A stretch of 64,000 nucleotides of DNA from Desulfatiglandales bacterium (GTDB taxonomy: Bacteria; Desulfobacterota; DSM-4660; Desulfatiglandales; Desulfatiglandaceae), in NCBI GenBank assembly GCA_963666345.1, contig OY762721.1, forward strand, positions 736,001 through 800,000. Reading direction: 5' to 3'. How positions within the stretch are numbered: the stretch's first letter is position 1; each line of letters starts with the position of its first letter. The notes under the pieces are model-generated. The model ran no database searches. It had not been told where the DNA came from and worked only from the letters and a program-made list of their open reading frames with translations. The translations under genes were made by a program, and so were the position numbers. Positions 9,497 to 19,258 of the stretch are shown in pieces.

Positions 9497-10291
9497 ATGA
9501 AGACCTATGACATAATCCGTTGTGAGGACGGGCTAAGCCGCAGATGCGATCATGAGCTGATTCAGGAAGAGCCCCTTTTGATCCGTGTTGACGGCTCTTC
9601 CTATTCGGTTATCATGCGGACGCCGGGTGAAGAGATACCCCATGCAGCCGGTTTCTGTCTCGGTGAAGGGCTTGTGGATGACCGGAGTGATTTTGCGGCA
9701 ATAGGCTTCTGTGAGGATCTCGACCCGAATGTAGTGGATGTCGGACTCACACCTGAAAGAAGGGAAAAGGCCCATGACATGCTCAATCGAAGGGGCTTTA
9801 TAAGCCAGACAAGCTGCGGCATCTGCGGAAAAGAGATGTTGAAGGACCTGTACCAGATCCTGACGCCCATAGAAGAGGATACCAAAATCGAGCTTGGCAG
9901 GGTCTTTGCCTGTATTGACATGCTTTCGAAAAATCAGATCTATTACCACAAGACCCGGGGCTGCCATGCCGCGATGCTCTTGGATTCCCGTTTTGACACA
10001 TTGTCTTTTGCCGAAGATGTCGGCAGGCATAACGCCCTGGACAAGGCAATCGGGAAGCTCGTACTTGGTGGAGTTCTGCCGGATGCCTCAGTTCTGATTC
10101 TATCTTCCAGGATAAGTTACGAACTGGTGCAGAAGGCGGCCCGGGCCCGCCTGCCCGTTATAGTAGGCCTGTCCCGGCCTACGGCCCTTGCCGTTGAAAT
10201 GGGCCGGTCTCTTAATATGACCCTGGCATGCACTGCAAAGGATTCCGAGCTGATAATTTTTTGTGGAGAAAAACGGATTATAAGAAAATAG
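9497..10291 (+). CDS. fdhD: Mo/W-cofactor sulfurtransferase FdhD
   Basis: EEPL, MRTPG, SCGICG, EDVGRHNALDKAIG, SSRISYELVQK. Confidence 0.93.
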   Translation: MKTYDIIRCEDGLSRRCDHELIQEEPLLIRVDGSSYSVIMRTPGEEIPHAAGFCLGEGLVDDRSDFAAIGFCEDLDPNVVDVGLTPERREKAHDMLNRRGFISQTSCGICGKEMLKDLYQILTPIEEDTKIELGRVFACIDMLSKNQIYYHKTRGCHAAMLLDSRFDTLSFAEDVGRHNALDKAIGKLVLGGVLPDASVLILSSRISYELVQKAARARLPVIVGLSRPTALAVEMGRSLNMTLACTAKDSELIIFCGEKRIIRK

Positions 10292-10293
10292 TA

Positions 10294-10884
10294 TTAAGTT
10301 GAAGGAAAATAAAGCGCCCTGGTTAAAACATAGGCTGCCTGCAGGGCCTCTGTAGGGCAAAGCGGAAAGCATTCCTTGCAGTCCCAGCACTCCTTGGCCG
10401 CTATCTCCGGGATGAAATTTATTTCTTTTCTCGTTCCTCTGTCTACAAATCCGACAGCGAACTTCTTTTTTACCTCTGCGCAGTATCTTACACAGAGACC
10501 GCAATGGATGCAAAATGAGGCCTCTTTTTCAAAACGGTCTTTGTCTGCTCCATACTCTTTAGCCAGCTCCTTCAATTCAAAGGCATCCGGCGCGTGAGCC
10601 AGCAGCAGCTCCAGGATTAATTTTCGAATTCTATCCACCTTCTCGGATCTGGTTCTCACTATCAGATCCTGTTCCACCGGAAAAAGGCAGGAAGCAACGA
10701 GCCTTGTCCGGCCGCCGATTTCCGCCTCTACCGTGCAGATCCGGCAACCCCCGTAAGGCTCCAGTTTCTCGTGGTGGCAAAGTGTCGGGATAAATATACC
10801 CACACTTTGTGCCGCCTCCAAAATGGTCATTCCTTGGGTGGCTTTGACCTTTTTTCCATCAATCTTTAAAAGAATTTCACTCAT
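10294..10884 (-). CDS. bamI: Class II benzoyl-CoA reductase subunit BamI (NuoG-like Fe-S)
   Basis: IPTLCHH..GGCRIC..SC; CIHCGLC; CWDCKECFPLCP; last gene of the bam operon. Confidence 0.85.
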   Translation of the reverse strand: MSEILLKIDGKKVKATQGMTILEAAQSVGIFIPTLCHHEKLEPYGGCRICTVEAEIGGRTRLVASCLFPVEQDLIVRTRSEKVDRIRKLILELLLAHAPDAFELKELAKEYGADKDRFEKEASFCIHCGLCVRYCAEVKKKFAVGFVDRGTRKEINFIPEIAAKECWDCKECFPLCPTEALQAAYVLTRALYFPST

Positions 10885-12809
10885 TTTTGTTTACTCTTTC
10901 TGGCTATGGTTCTTTCCTCTTCAGGGATAGAAGGCGGTACAGGCTCGCCGGAAATCTTTTTAACCGCAGAAAAACGAGACGGGCAGACTTCAAAGCAGGT
11001 TCCGCACTTTGTGCATTTGTCCTGGTCGATTACATGGATCATATTCTTGCCTCCGATAATGGCCCCGGCAGGGCACTTCCTGCCGCAGATCATACAGGCC
11101 AGGCACTTATCCGGATCAATATGAAACGAGATCAGCTCCTTGCACGAAAGAGCCGGGCACCGCTTCTCCTTGATGTGCGCCTCATACTCTTCTCTGAAGT
11201 AGCGCAATGTGCTTAAAAACGGGTTGGCCGCACTCTTTCCCAGGGCACAAAGGGAGGCCTCGCTCAGCAGTTCGGCTAACTCCTCCAAGAGCTCGATATC
11301 GCCCTCCCTTCCCTTTCCCAGGGTGATATTGGTGAGGATCTTGAGCATCTGCCTCATGCCTTCACGGCACGGCACGCATTTACCGCACGATTCATCGGTG
11401 AGGAAGTCAAGGAAGTACCTTGACACATCAACCATGCAGGTATCTTCATCCATTATAATCATCCCACCTGAGCCCATCATTGAACCGGCCTTGGTGAGTT
11501 CATCGAAACCGACTTCCAAATCCAGCAGTTCCTCAGGGATACATCCTCCGGACGGCCCTCCGGTCTGCACCGCCTTGAATCTCTTTCCCCCTGGGATTCC
11601 ACCTCCTATCTTGTAGATAATATCTCTCAGGGTAGTGCCCATGGGTACTTCCACAAGGCCTGTATTGGTTATCTTACCGACCAGGGAGAAGATCTTCGTG
11701 CCCTTGCTTTTTTCGGTTCCGAATTGATTAAACCAGTCAGCGCCTTTATTGATGATAAGCGGCACATTGGCCCATGTCTCGACATTGTTCAAAACGCTCG
11801 GTTTATCCCACAGGCCCTTGACGTTTGAGCGGATATACTTGGGTCTGGGCTCTCCGGCCCTGCCTTCCAAAGCAGTCATCAGGGCGGTGGATTCACCGCA
11901 GACGAAGGCGCCGGCCCCCTGGTGCACTTTGACGATGAAATCAAAGCCTGAGCCGAGGATGTTTTCCCCGAGAAAGCCATACTCCTCGGCATTCCGGATA
12001 GCGAGGTTCACATTTTCAACCGCTAAGGGATATTCCTGTCGAACATAGATATAGCCCTCGTGGGAGCCGATGGCATAGGCGCCTATGGTCAACCCCTCCA
12101 GGATTGAATGAGGATTTCCCTCAAGAAGGCTCCTGTCCATATAAGCACCCGGGTCCCCTTCGTCCGCGTTGACGATCACATATTTTGTTTCATCAGGGGC
12201 ATCGCGGGATCCCTCCCACTTTCTCCCTGCGGGAAAGCCGCCGCCGCCCCTGCCTCGCAGGTTGGATTTCTTGACTTCCTCAACCACCTCCTCCGAGGTC
12301 ATCTCAGACAGGACCCTGGCCAATGCGGAATACCCTCCGATTGCCAGATAGTCATCAATGCTCTTGGGATCGATATTACCGTTTGAGCCGAAAACAAGCC
12401 GTTTCTGGTTCTTGTAAAAGGGGATTTCAGATTCATGAACTATCTTTTCATTGGTTTCGGGGTCGGTATAGAGCAACCGCTCTATGACCTTCTTTTCTTT
12501 TATGGTCTGGGAGACGATTTCAGGGACATCCTCAGGCTTTATTTGCAGGTAGCATATTTCCTCAGGGTGAATAACGATAATAGGACCCCTCTCACAAAAA
12601 CCATGGCAACCGGTCTTCCTGATTTCGACCTCATCACTTAAGCCCTGTTTCTTTATCTCCTCTTCAAGACTCCGGGCCACATCACTGCTGCCGGAGGCAT
12701 GGCAGGCAGATCCGGAACAGAGTGTAATACAGGGCTTATTCGGGTCTCTTTTCGACAATATGCCCTTTCTTAATTCTTCCAATTCAGAGGGCGAATTTAA
12801 CCGTGGCAT
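10881..12809 (-). CDS. bamH: BamH (NuoF-like NADH/FMN-binding subunit)
   Basis: LRGRGGGGFP, NADEGDPGA, GAGAFVCGE, ESCGKCVPCREG, C-terminal 2x[4Fe-4S]. Confidence 0.88.
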   Translation of the reverse strand: MPRLNSPSELEELRKGILSKRDPNKPCITLCSGSACHASGSSDVARSLEEEIKKQGLSDEVEIRKTGCHGFCERGPIIVIHPEEICYLQIKPEDVPEIVSQTIKEKKVIERLLYTDPETNEKIVHESEIPFYKNQKRLVFGSNGNIDPKSIDDYLAIGGYSALARVLSEMTSEEVVEEVKKSNLRGRGGGGFPAGRKWEGSRDAPDETKYVIVNADEGDPGAYMDRSLLEGNPHSILEGLTIGAYAIGSHEGYIYVRQEYPLAVENVNLAIRNAEEYGFLGENILGSGFDFIVKVHQGAGAFVCGESTALMTALEGRAGEPRPKYIRSNVKGLWDKPSVLNNVETWANVPLIINKGADWFNQFGTEKSKGTKIFSLVGKITNTGLVEVPMGTTLRDIIYKIGGGIPGGKRFKAVQTGGPSGGCIPEELLDLEVGFDELTKAGSMMGSGGMIIMDEDTCMVDVSRYFLDFLTDESCGKCVPCREGMRQMLKILTNITLGKGREGDIELLEELAELLSEASLCALGKSAANPFLSTLRYFREEYEAHIKEKRCPALSCKELISFHIDPDKCLACMICGRKCPAGAIIGGKNMIHVIDQDKCTKCGTCFEVCPSRFSAVKKISGEPVPPSIPEEERTIARKSKQK

Positions 12810-12818
12810 AATTTTACC

Positions 12819-13271
12819 TTATTCGTAGTTTTTTAAAACACCCGCCGTCCCGGCCGGAGTCATCTTACCATGAGTCTTACCGTCGATTTCCATCACCGGT
12901 CCCAAAGCGCAGCAGCCGAGGCAGTTAACGGTCTCCAGGCTGAATTTTAAATCCAGGTCCGTTTCACCCGGTTTAATTCCTGTCAGTTCCTGCATTGCGT
13001 CGAGCACACGCGGCGCCCCTCGAACATGACAGGCGGTGCCCATACAGATGTGAATCTCATGACGTCCCTTCGGAACCAGGCTGAAGGCCTTGTAAAAGGT
13101 AGCGATATGCTGTATCCGGGTTAAAGGGACCTCAAGTTTTTCGCTGACCCTGTCTAATGCCTCCTTGGGAAGCCAGTGATTTTCACTCTGAATGTCCAGT
13201 AATACCTGAATAAGGGAACTGGCTTCGCCTTTATGTTTGTCAATAATCTGATCGATTCTGCCGTTATCCAT
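12819..13271 (-). CDS. bamG: BamG (NuoE-like 2Fe-2S subunit)
   Basis: ATFY, CMGTACHVRGA, CLGCCALGP. Confidence 0.88.
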   Translation of the reverse strand: MDNGRIDQIIDKHKGEASSLIQVLLDIQSENHWLPKEALDRVSEKLEVPLTRIQHIATFYKAFSLVPKGRHEIHICMGTACHVRGAPRVLDAMQELTGIKPGETDLDLKFSLETVNCLGCCALGPVMEIDGKTHGKMTPAGTAGVLKNYE

Positions 13272-13300
13272 GGTCGCAGTCCTTATCCTCATCTTTCACC

Positions 13301-14068
13301 CTAGGCCAGGGCAAAACGTTTTCCGCCTTCATCGTACCTGACAAATCCCTGTCTTGAGGAACTGTTCATGTGTCTTGATACTTCAGATGGGTTCAGTCCC
13401 AGAATTTCAGAGATTTCTCCCGTTGAAAGGGGTTTTTCCCTGAGTAGCGACAAAATCTGGCTTATTGCCAGTTTTTCCGCGATTAATTCATTAAACAACC
13501 TGTCTAGCTCGTCACCGCCGAAAAATTTTCTATAGGTCTCTTTCGATTTGACAGGAACTCTCAGTCTCTCCCTTTCCACCAGTTTGATGTAAGGGACCAA
13601 CCTATTAACCGCTTCAAGTTTAAACCTTAACCCGTTTTCATCTATCCCTTCGCTCGTGCCGAGCGGCCCCAGTTCCTTGATTTTTCTTCCAAAATCGCTG
13701 ACAACCTCCGTAAACAGGATCCCGTCACCGGAAGACATAAATTCAATCCTTAACCGTTCAGGGTTAAGGCCTATCTGTTCCATTATTTTTCTGCATAAGA
13801 GCACCATGCCCAATGCATCGTAATTTCCCTGAGTAATGTAATTACATTCATTAAGACGGCAGCCGCCTATAAACACCCCGTCCATTCCGTTCAAAAAGGC
13901 CCGGATTACAAATGCCATGTCAACCCTGCCGGAACACATGACACGAATAAGCCTGGTCTCGGTCGTATATTGTAGCCTGGAAACTCCAGCCATATCAGCA
14001 GCGCCGTAAGCTCACCAATGGCATACGAAACCTAATATCCTGGGTTTAAATTTGGCTCCTGCGCTCAT
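13301..14068 (-). CDS. bamF: BamF (MvhD-like 2Fe-2S selenoprotein) with C-terminal winged-HTH-like extension; UGA at 14014-14012 read as Sec
   Basis: MSAGAKFKPRILGFVCHW-UGA-AYGAADMAG continuous with RVMCSGRVD, GC; hairpin CTGGA-GTT-TCCAG downstream of the UGA. Confidence 0.9.
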
Positions 14069-14201
14069 GTGTTTTCACCTCTTTTATTGCTCATTGAAAA
14101 ACAAAGGCTGTCAGACCTTTATCAAAGACAGTACGCCTTGCACCCTGTCCCTTGAGCCTGTTAATCAGTCCTCACCCAAAATTATCCTTTTACGGATTCG
14201 C

Positions 14202-14281
14202 GCTTTCAGCAGTCAGATTTCAGCGATCAGCAAAAAATGCATATCGACTAATTGGGCTGAGTGCTGATAGCTGATAGCTGG
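14202..14281. repeat. Inverted array of 7-nt units (TCAGC/GCTGA cores, 4 per arm, some imperfect) inside the bam operon
   Basis: tttcagc agtcaga tttcagc gatcagc ... gctgagt gctgata gctgata gctggac. Confidence 0.65.
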
Positions 14282-14322
14282 ACGTCCCATCCTGAAATCT
14301 CTGATTTCCGGATGGGCGTTAA

Positions 14323-17300
14323 TTACACATCTCCAACAGCGGCATCCATTTGACGAATAATCTCCTCATCTGAAACCGCCGCATCGATCTGGCTGAAGAT
14401 TTCATCATTGGTAAAGTGCTTTAGAAAAATGGCGTTTGTCGGGCACTTGGCGTTGCACACACCATCTCCTTTACAGAGAACGGGATTAACCCACGCCTTT
14501 CTGCCTTGAGTTGTATCACGAAACTCTATGGCGCCGTAGGAACAAGCCGTAATACATGCCCCGCACGATACGCAATCATCCTCCCTTACCTCGCAGACGG
14601 AACCGGAGGCAGTGACTGAATCCTGTGAGAGAAGGGCAATGGCGCGCCCGGCAGCCCCATAGGACTGGTTAATAGCCTCAGATATATGTTTGGGGTAGTG
14701 GGCTGTTCCACACAGAAAGACACCTTCCGTGGCAAAATCAACAGGTCTTAATTTGACATGGGCTTCCTTGAAAAAACCATCCGGCCCTAGAGTGACCTTG
14801 AACAGTTCAGATACTTCTTTGCTTTTCTTTGAAGGAATAACCGCTGCAGATAAAACAAGATAATCCGCTTCAACAGCCAGCTTCCGGCCTAAGATCGGAT
14901 CAGTTACAGCCACCCTTAAAACCGGCCCTCCCTCTCCCTCGGCAGGCTCCACCTCGGGCTTGTCATCCGGCTCATAACGGATAAACTTCACATCCTTTTC
15001 CGAGGCTTCACGGTAATAATCCTCCATTAGCCCGTACGTTCTCATATCCCGAAACAGGACATAGATATCCATGCCGGGGTTTATTTCCTTCAATTTCAAG
15101 GCGTTCTTTACGGCCTGGCTGCAACATACCCTGGCGCAATAATTTCTCTCTTCATTTCTGCAGCCTACACATTGAATCATCACGACAGTTTGTGCATTAA
15201 CCAGTTTTTCGTTTTCTTCGAAGATCTGTTCCTCCAGCTCCAGCTGGGTCATGACCCTTTCATCTTCATCATAAAGGTATTCAGTGGGTCTGTATTCATC
15301 AGCACCAACAGCAATGACGGCCGCCCCATGTTTTATCTCAGTTAGACCTCTTTCCGATTTTACCCTGGTTACGAAGTTCCCGACATAACCGGCAGCATCC
15401 GTAATAGAGCTATTAAGGTATACATGTATCAAGGGATGCTGATAAACCTTCCGTACAAGATCACGTAAATATGCCTGAACATCCAGCCCTTCCAGGGTGT
15501 AATGGATCCTTCTTGCTATTCCCCCTAAGTCCGACTCCTTTTCCACCAAGTAAACCTCATGCCCCTGCCTGGCTATGGACAGAGCACAATTCATGCCGGC
15601 GATACCTCCCCCCACCACTAACGCGGTCTTGTTTACCGGCAGATCAATTTCCTGCAAAGATTCCAGATGGCACGCTCGAGCTGTTCCCATTCGTACCAGA
15701 TCCTTTGCCTTTTGGGTGGACTCTTCAGGTTCTTTGGAGTGGACCCAGGAGTTATGCTCCCTGATATTAGTCATTTCCAGAAGATATTGATTGATTCCCG
15801 CTTCCCGGACGGTGTCCCGGAACAGCGGTTCAAGTGTCCTCGGACTGCAGGCGGCGACAACCACTCGATTAAGCCCTTTTTCCTTTGCAATATCTGCTAT
15901 TTCTTTGGCGGAATTGGTGGTACATGAAAAGAGCTGCTCCTGAGCGTAGGCAACATTAGGCAGGGTCAAGGCATAGTCAACCACGGAAGTAACATCCACC
16001 ACCCTCCCGATATTGGCGCCGCAATGACACACAAAAACTCCTACCCTCGGCTTTTCTTCTGACACATCCCTTTCAGCGGGATATATCCTTTCCTGTGTCA
16101 GTTTCCCCCTTCTGTAGTCGAGGATCTCACCACACTGGGATCCGGCTCCGCTGGCCGTAATGACGGACTCGGGGATGTCCAGCGGGCCCTGAAAGGCTCC
16201 GCTCACAAAAATTCCCGGACAGGATGTCTCAATCGGATTAACGGGATTGGTTTTACAGAAGTTGTGAGAAGTAAGCTCTATTTTGAACATTTCCGCCAGC
16301 TCATTATGATCGGCAGGAGGATTTAATCCGACAGACAACACCACCAGATCGAATTCTTCCTCTTTTACCCCCTCGTCGGAAGTAGCATATCTTAGGGTCA
16401 CATTCCTGGTTCCGGGGATCTCTTTTCCTATTGATACGTAGCTTCTTACAAACCTGACGCCCGGCAGATCAGCGGCCCGTTGATAATATGTCTCAAAGTC
16501 CTTGCCATGGGAACGAATATCGTTGTGGAATATGGTACAGTCCACATCAGGATAATGATCTTTCGTCAAAAGCACCTGTTTCTGGGTATAGGTGCAACAT
16601 ACGGCCGAACAATAGCTGTTATCCCCCTCGGTAACCCGTCTTGAACCTACGCATTGGATCCATGCTATCTTATGGGGATGTTTATCGTCTGAAGGCCTCC
16701 TTACCTCACCCTCATATGGTCCGGTCGCAGACAGTAACCGTTCAAAGTCAAGACTGGTTACCACGTTCGGCATCGTTCGATAGCCATACTCATCGTTCAC
16801 CCCGGGATCAAACGGCTCAAAGCCCGGAGACAGGAGTATCGCTCCTACCTTTACTTCCATCTTTTCCGGCTGCTGGCTGAAATCTATGGCGCCGTTCTCA
16901 CAAACCGCTTCACAAATACGGCATTTCTTCTCTTTAAGATAGAGACAGTTTTCATCTATATAGCTGATAAGAGGAACTGCTATGGAAAAGTATATATGGA
17001 CGGCCTTATTCGTGGACAATTCCTGATTATACGGATCAGGAATCAAAACCGGGCAGTATTCGGCACAGGTGGCACAGCCGGTACACTTATCCTCGATAAT
17101 GTATCTGGGCTTTTTTATCAGGGTTACCCTGAAATCACCCTTTTGCCCTTCTACGTCTTCAACTTCCGTATAGGTCAGTATTTCGATATTTGCATGACGG
17201 TCGGCCTCGACCATTTTGGGTGCAAGTATTCATGTGGAGCACTCATTGGTGGGGAACGTCTTGTCAAGCTGACCCATATGGCCGCCGACCGACGGTCCCT

Positions 17301-17445
17301 TCTCGATCAAATAGACCTTAAAACCGGCAGTGGCAAGATCAAGAGAGGCCTGAATCCCGCTGATCCCTCCTCCCACAACCATTACGTCTGCAAAATTACC
17401 TGATCCAAGACCTTTACGAAGCTGTTCAATTTGTTCTTTTCCCAC
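14323..17445 (-). CDS. bamE: BamE (HdrA-like flavoprotein), selenoprotein; UGA at 17232-17230 read as Sec (joins two ORF-track fragments)
   Basis: [31 protein letters not shown] in frame; 7-bp hairpin ATGGTCG-AGGC-CGACCGT 15 nt downstream; CVGSR..YCSAVCC; duplicated HdrA domains. Confidence 0.92.
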
Positions 17446-17520
17446 GTCCGTCCGCCTTTATCAGATTTAAAGACCCTAAAAATCATCCGTATCCGGAATT
17501 AACCCGTTTCATGATAAGCG

Positions 17521-18672
17521 CTAAATCACTTCCTGAACGATTTCGGTTATGTCCTTGATCTCTATTTTTTCGTCCACACCCATGGTGATTCTGCTGTCTT
17601 CAAACATGGTAATACAGTATGGGCAGGCCGTAGCCAGCACCTCAGCCCCCACGCCCATGGCCTGCTCTATTCTGAGGTCGGAGAATCTTTCACCCTTTTT
17701 AGTCTCCATCCAGACCCTGCCGCCTCCCCCTCCGCAGCAGAGGCTGTCCGCCCGGGAGTCAGGCATCTCATTCAGCTCCAGACCGGGTATCTTCTTCAAG
17801 ACCTCCCTCGGCTCGTCATATATGCCGTTATGCCGACCCAGGTAACAGGGATCATGATAGGTGATTTTTTTGGCGTACTCCTTGTTAAGCTCAAGCCTTC
17901 CCTCATTAATAAGCTCAAACAGGTATTGAGATATATGAATCACCTCAAAATTCACCATAAATTGGGGATATTCGTTTTTAAAGGTATGATAACAGTGAGG
18001 AGAATTAACAAGTATTCTTTTTACCCCATTATCGACAAACGTTTTGATATTTTCCTTAGCCAAACGTTTAAACAGTTCTTCATCACCGGTCTTGCGGATA
18101 CTTTCTCCACAGCAGTTCTCCTGTTCACCTAATATCCCGAAATCCACCCCTGCCCGTTTTAGGATATCGGCTGTGGCCTGAGCCACTTTTTTCAACCTCG
18201 GGTCATAGCTGGGATAACAGCCGGGGAAATATAACACTTCCATTTCGTCGGTAAATTTTTTTACGGAAATGCCTTTTGCCCAATCGCCCCTCATTTTGCG
18301 TTCTTCACCAAAGGGATTTCCTTCACCCGTGAGGCCTCCGACCGCAGTACGGAAAGGCTTTACAGAGTCCGGGAAAACGCCGTATTCCGTGGCTATTCTG
18401 CGTAAGGCTATCCCGGATTCTATCTGCTGTACGTCCCTGGGACACTGCTGAGGGCATCTTCCGCAGGTCGTACAAAGCCACATATCTTCATTCTCTATTT
18501 CAGTAAAACCGAACACAGCCTGCCGGACCAGCTTGCGCATGCTGAAGGTTCTAACCCTGTTCCATGGACAAACCGTATCACATAATCCGCATTGAAAGCA
18601 TCTCTTGAAGGCGTCTCCGCCGCTTTCCTTTATAACATCGACGATCTCTTTGTAATCGGCTACATTCTCCAC
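17521..18672 (-). CDS. bamD: BamD (HdrC/HdrB-like, CCG domains)
   Basis: CFQCGLC, CTTCGRC, NCCG, YHDPCYLGR, CCGGGGG, ACPYC. Confidence 0.88.
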   Translation of the reverse strand: MENVADYKEIVDVIKESGGDAFKRCFQCGLCDTVCPWNRVRTFSMRKLVRQAVFGFTEIENEDMWLCTTCGRCPQQCPRDVQQIESGIALRRIATEYGVFPDSVKPFRTAVGGLTGEGNPFGEERKMRGDWAKGISVKKFTDEMEVLYFPGCYPSYDPRLKKVAQATADILKRAGVDFGILGEQENCCGESIRKTGDEELFKRLAKENIKTFVDNGVKRILVNSPHCYHTFKNEYPQFMVNFEVIHISQYLFELINEGRLELNKEYAKKITYHDPCYLGRHNGIYDEPREVLKKIPGLELNEMPDSRADSLCCGGGGGRVWMETKKGERFSDLRIEQAMGVGAEVLATACPYCITMFEDSRITMGVDEKIEIKDITEIVQEVI

Positions 18673-18697
18673 GCTCTTTCTCTTTCGCCTTGATGTT

Positions 18698-19237
18698 TCA
18701 GCCCTGCTTTGCCTCGCTCATTCTGGCAATGGTATCCATTATCTTGTCCAATCCATATTTGTCCGCCAGCGATTCCAGCCCTATCTCCAGTTCCTCCAGG
18801 GGCTCATCTTCTTCCACTTCCTCTTCCCTTTCTTCGTAAGTAAGAGCATCGGTTATGCACCACTTAACGCACAGCGGCTCATCCTCGCCTTCGCACATAT
18901 CGCATTTCAGGGGGAGACCGGAATCGGGTTCCTTGAAAAGATCCCTGGACGGGCAGGAAGCCCTGCAGAAGGCACACTCTTCATACTCTTTTCCGTCAAT
19001 CACATATCTGTCTCTTCCCATGCATTCGGAGGGAGTATACTCACCCGCGTAAACAGGGATATAGACATCTCTGAGGGGATCGCGAATCACCCTGATGCGG
19101 GATCTGGCCGGATTATTGCTGCTGTATTTCGGTTCAGAGTGAAAGGCTGAGCAGATGACCTCACAGGCCCGGCAACCGTTGCATAAATCAGCATCAATTT
19201 TAATCGTCTTAATGATTTTCTTTTTTTTCTCGACCAT
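18698..19237 (-). CDS. bamC: BamC (4Fe-4S electron transfer subunit)
   Basis: CNGCRACEVICSAFH, ECAFCRASCP, PLKCDMC; immediately downstream of bamB. Confidence 0.9.
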   Translation of the reverse strand: MVEKKKKIIKTIKIDADLCNGCRACEVICSAFHSEPKYSSNNPARSRIRVIRDPLRDVYIPVYAGEYTPSECMGRDRYVIDGKEYEECAFCRASCPSRDLFKEPDSGLPLKCDMCEGEDEPLCVKWCITDALTYEEREEEVEEDEPLEELEIGLESLADKYGLDKIMDTIARMSEAKQG

Positions 19238-19258
19238 GACGGCTACCACCTCTTCACT

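Noticed and set aside
17230..17445. 71-aa ORF as a separate gene, or bamE as a pseudogene
   Set aside because: The stop is an in-frame UGA at a conserved Cys position with a SECIS-like hairpin, so Sec readthrough explains it better
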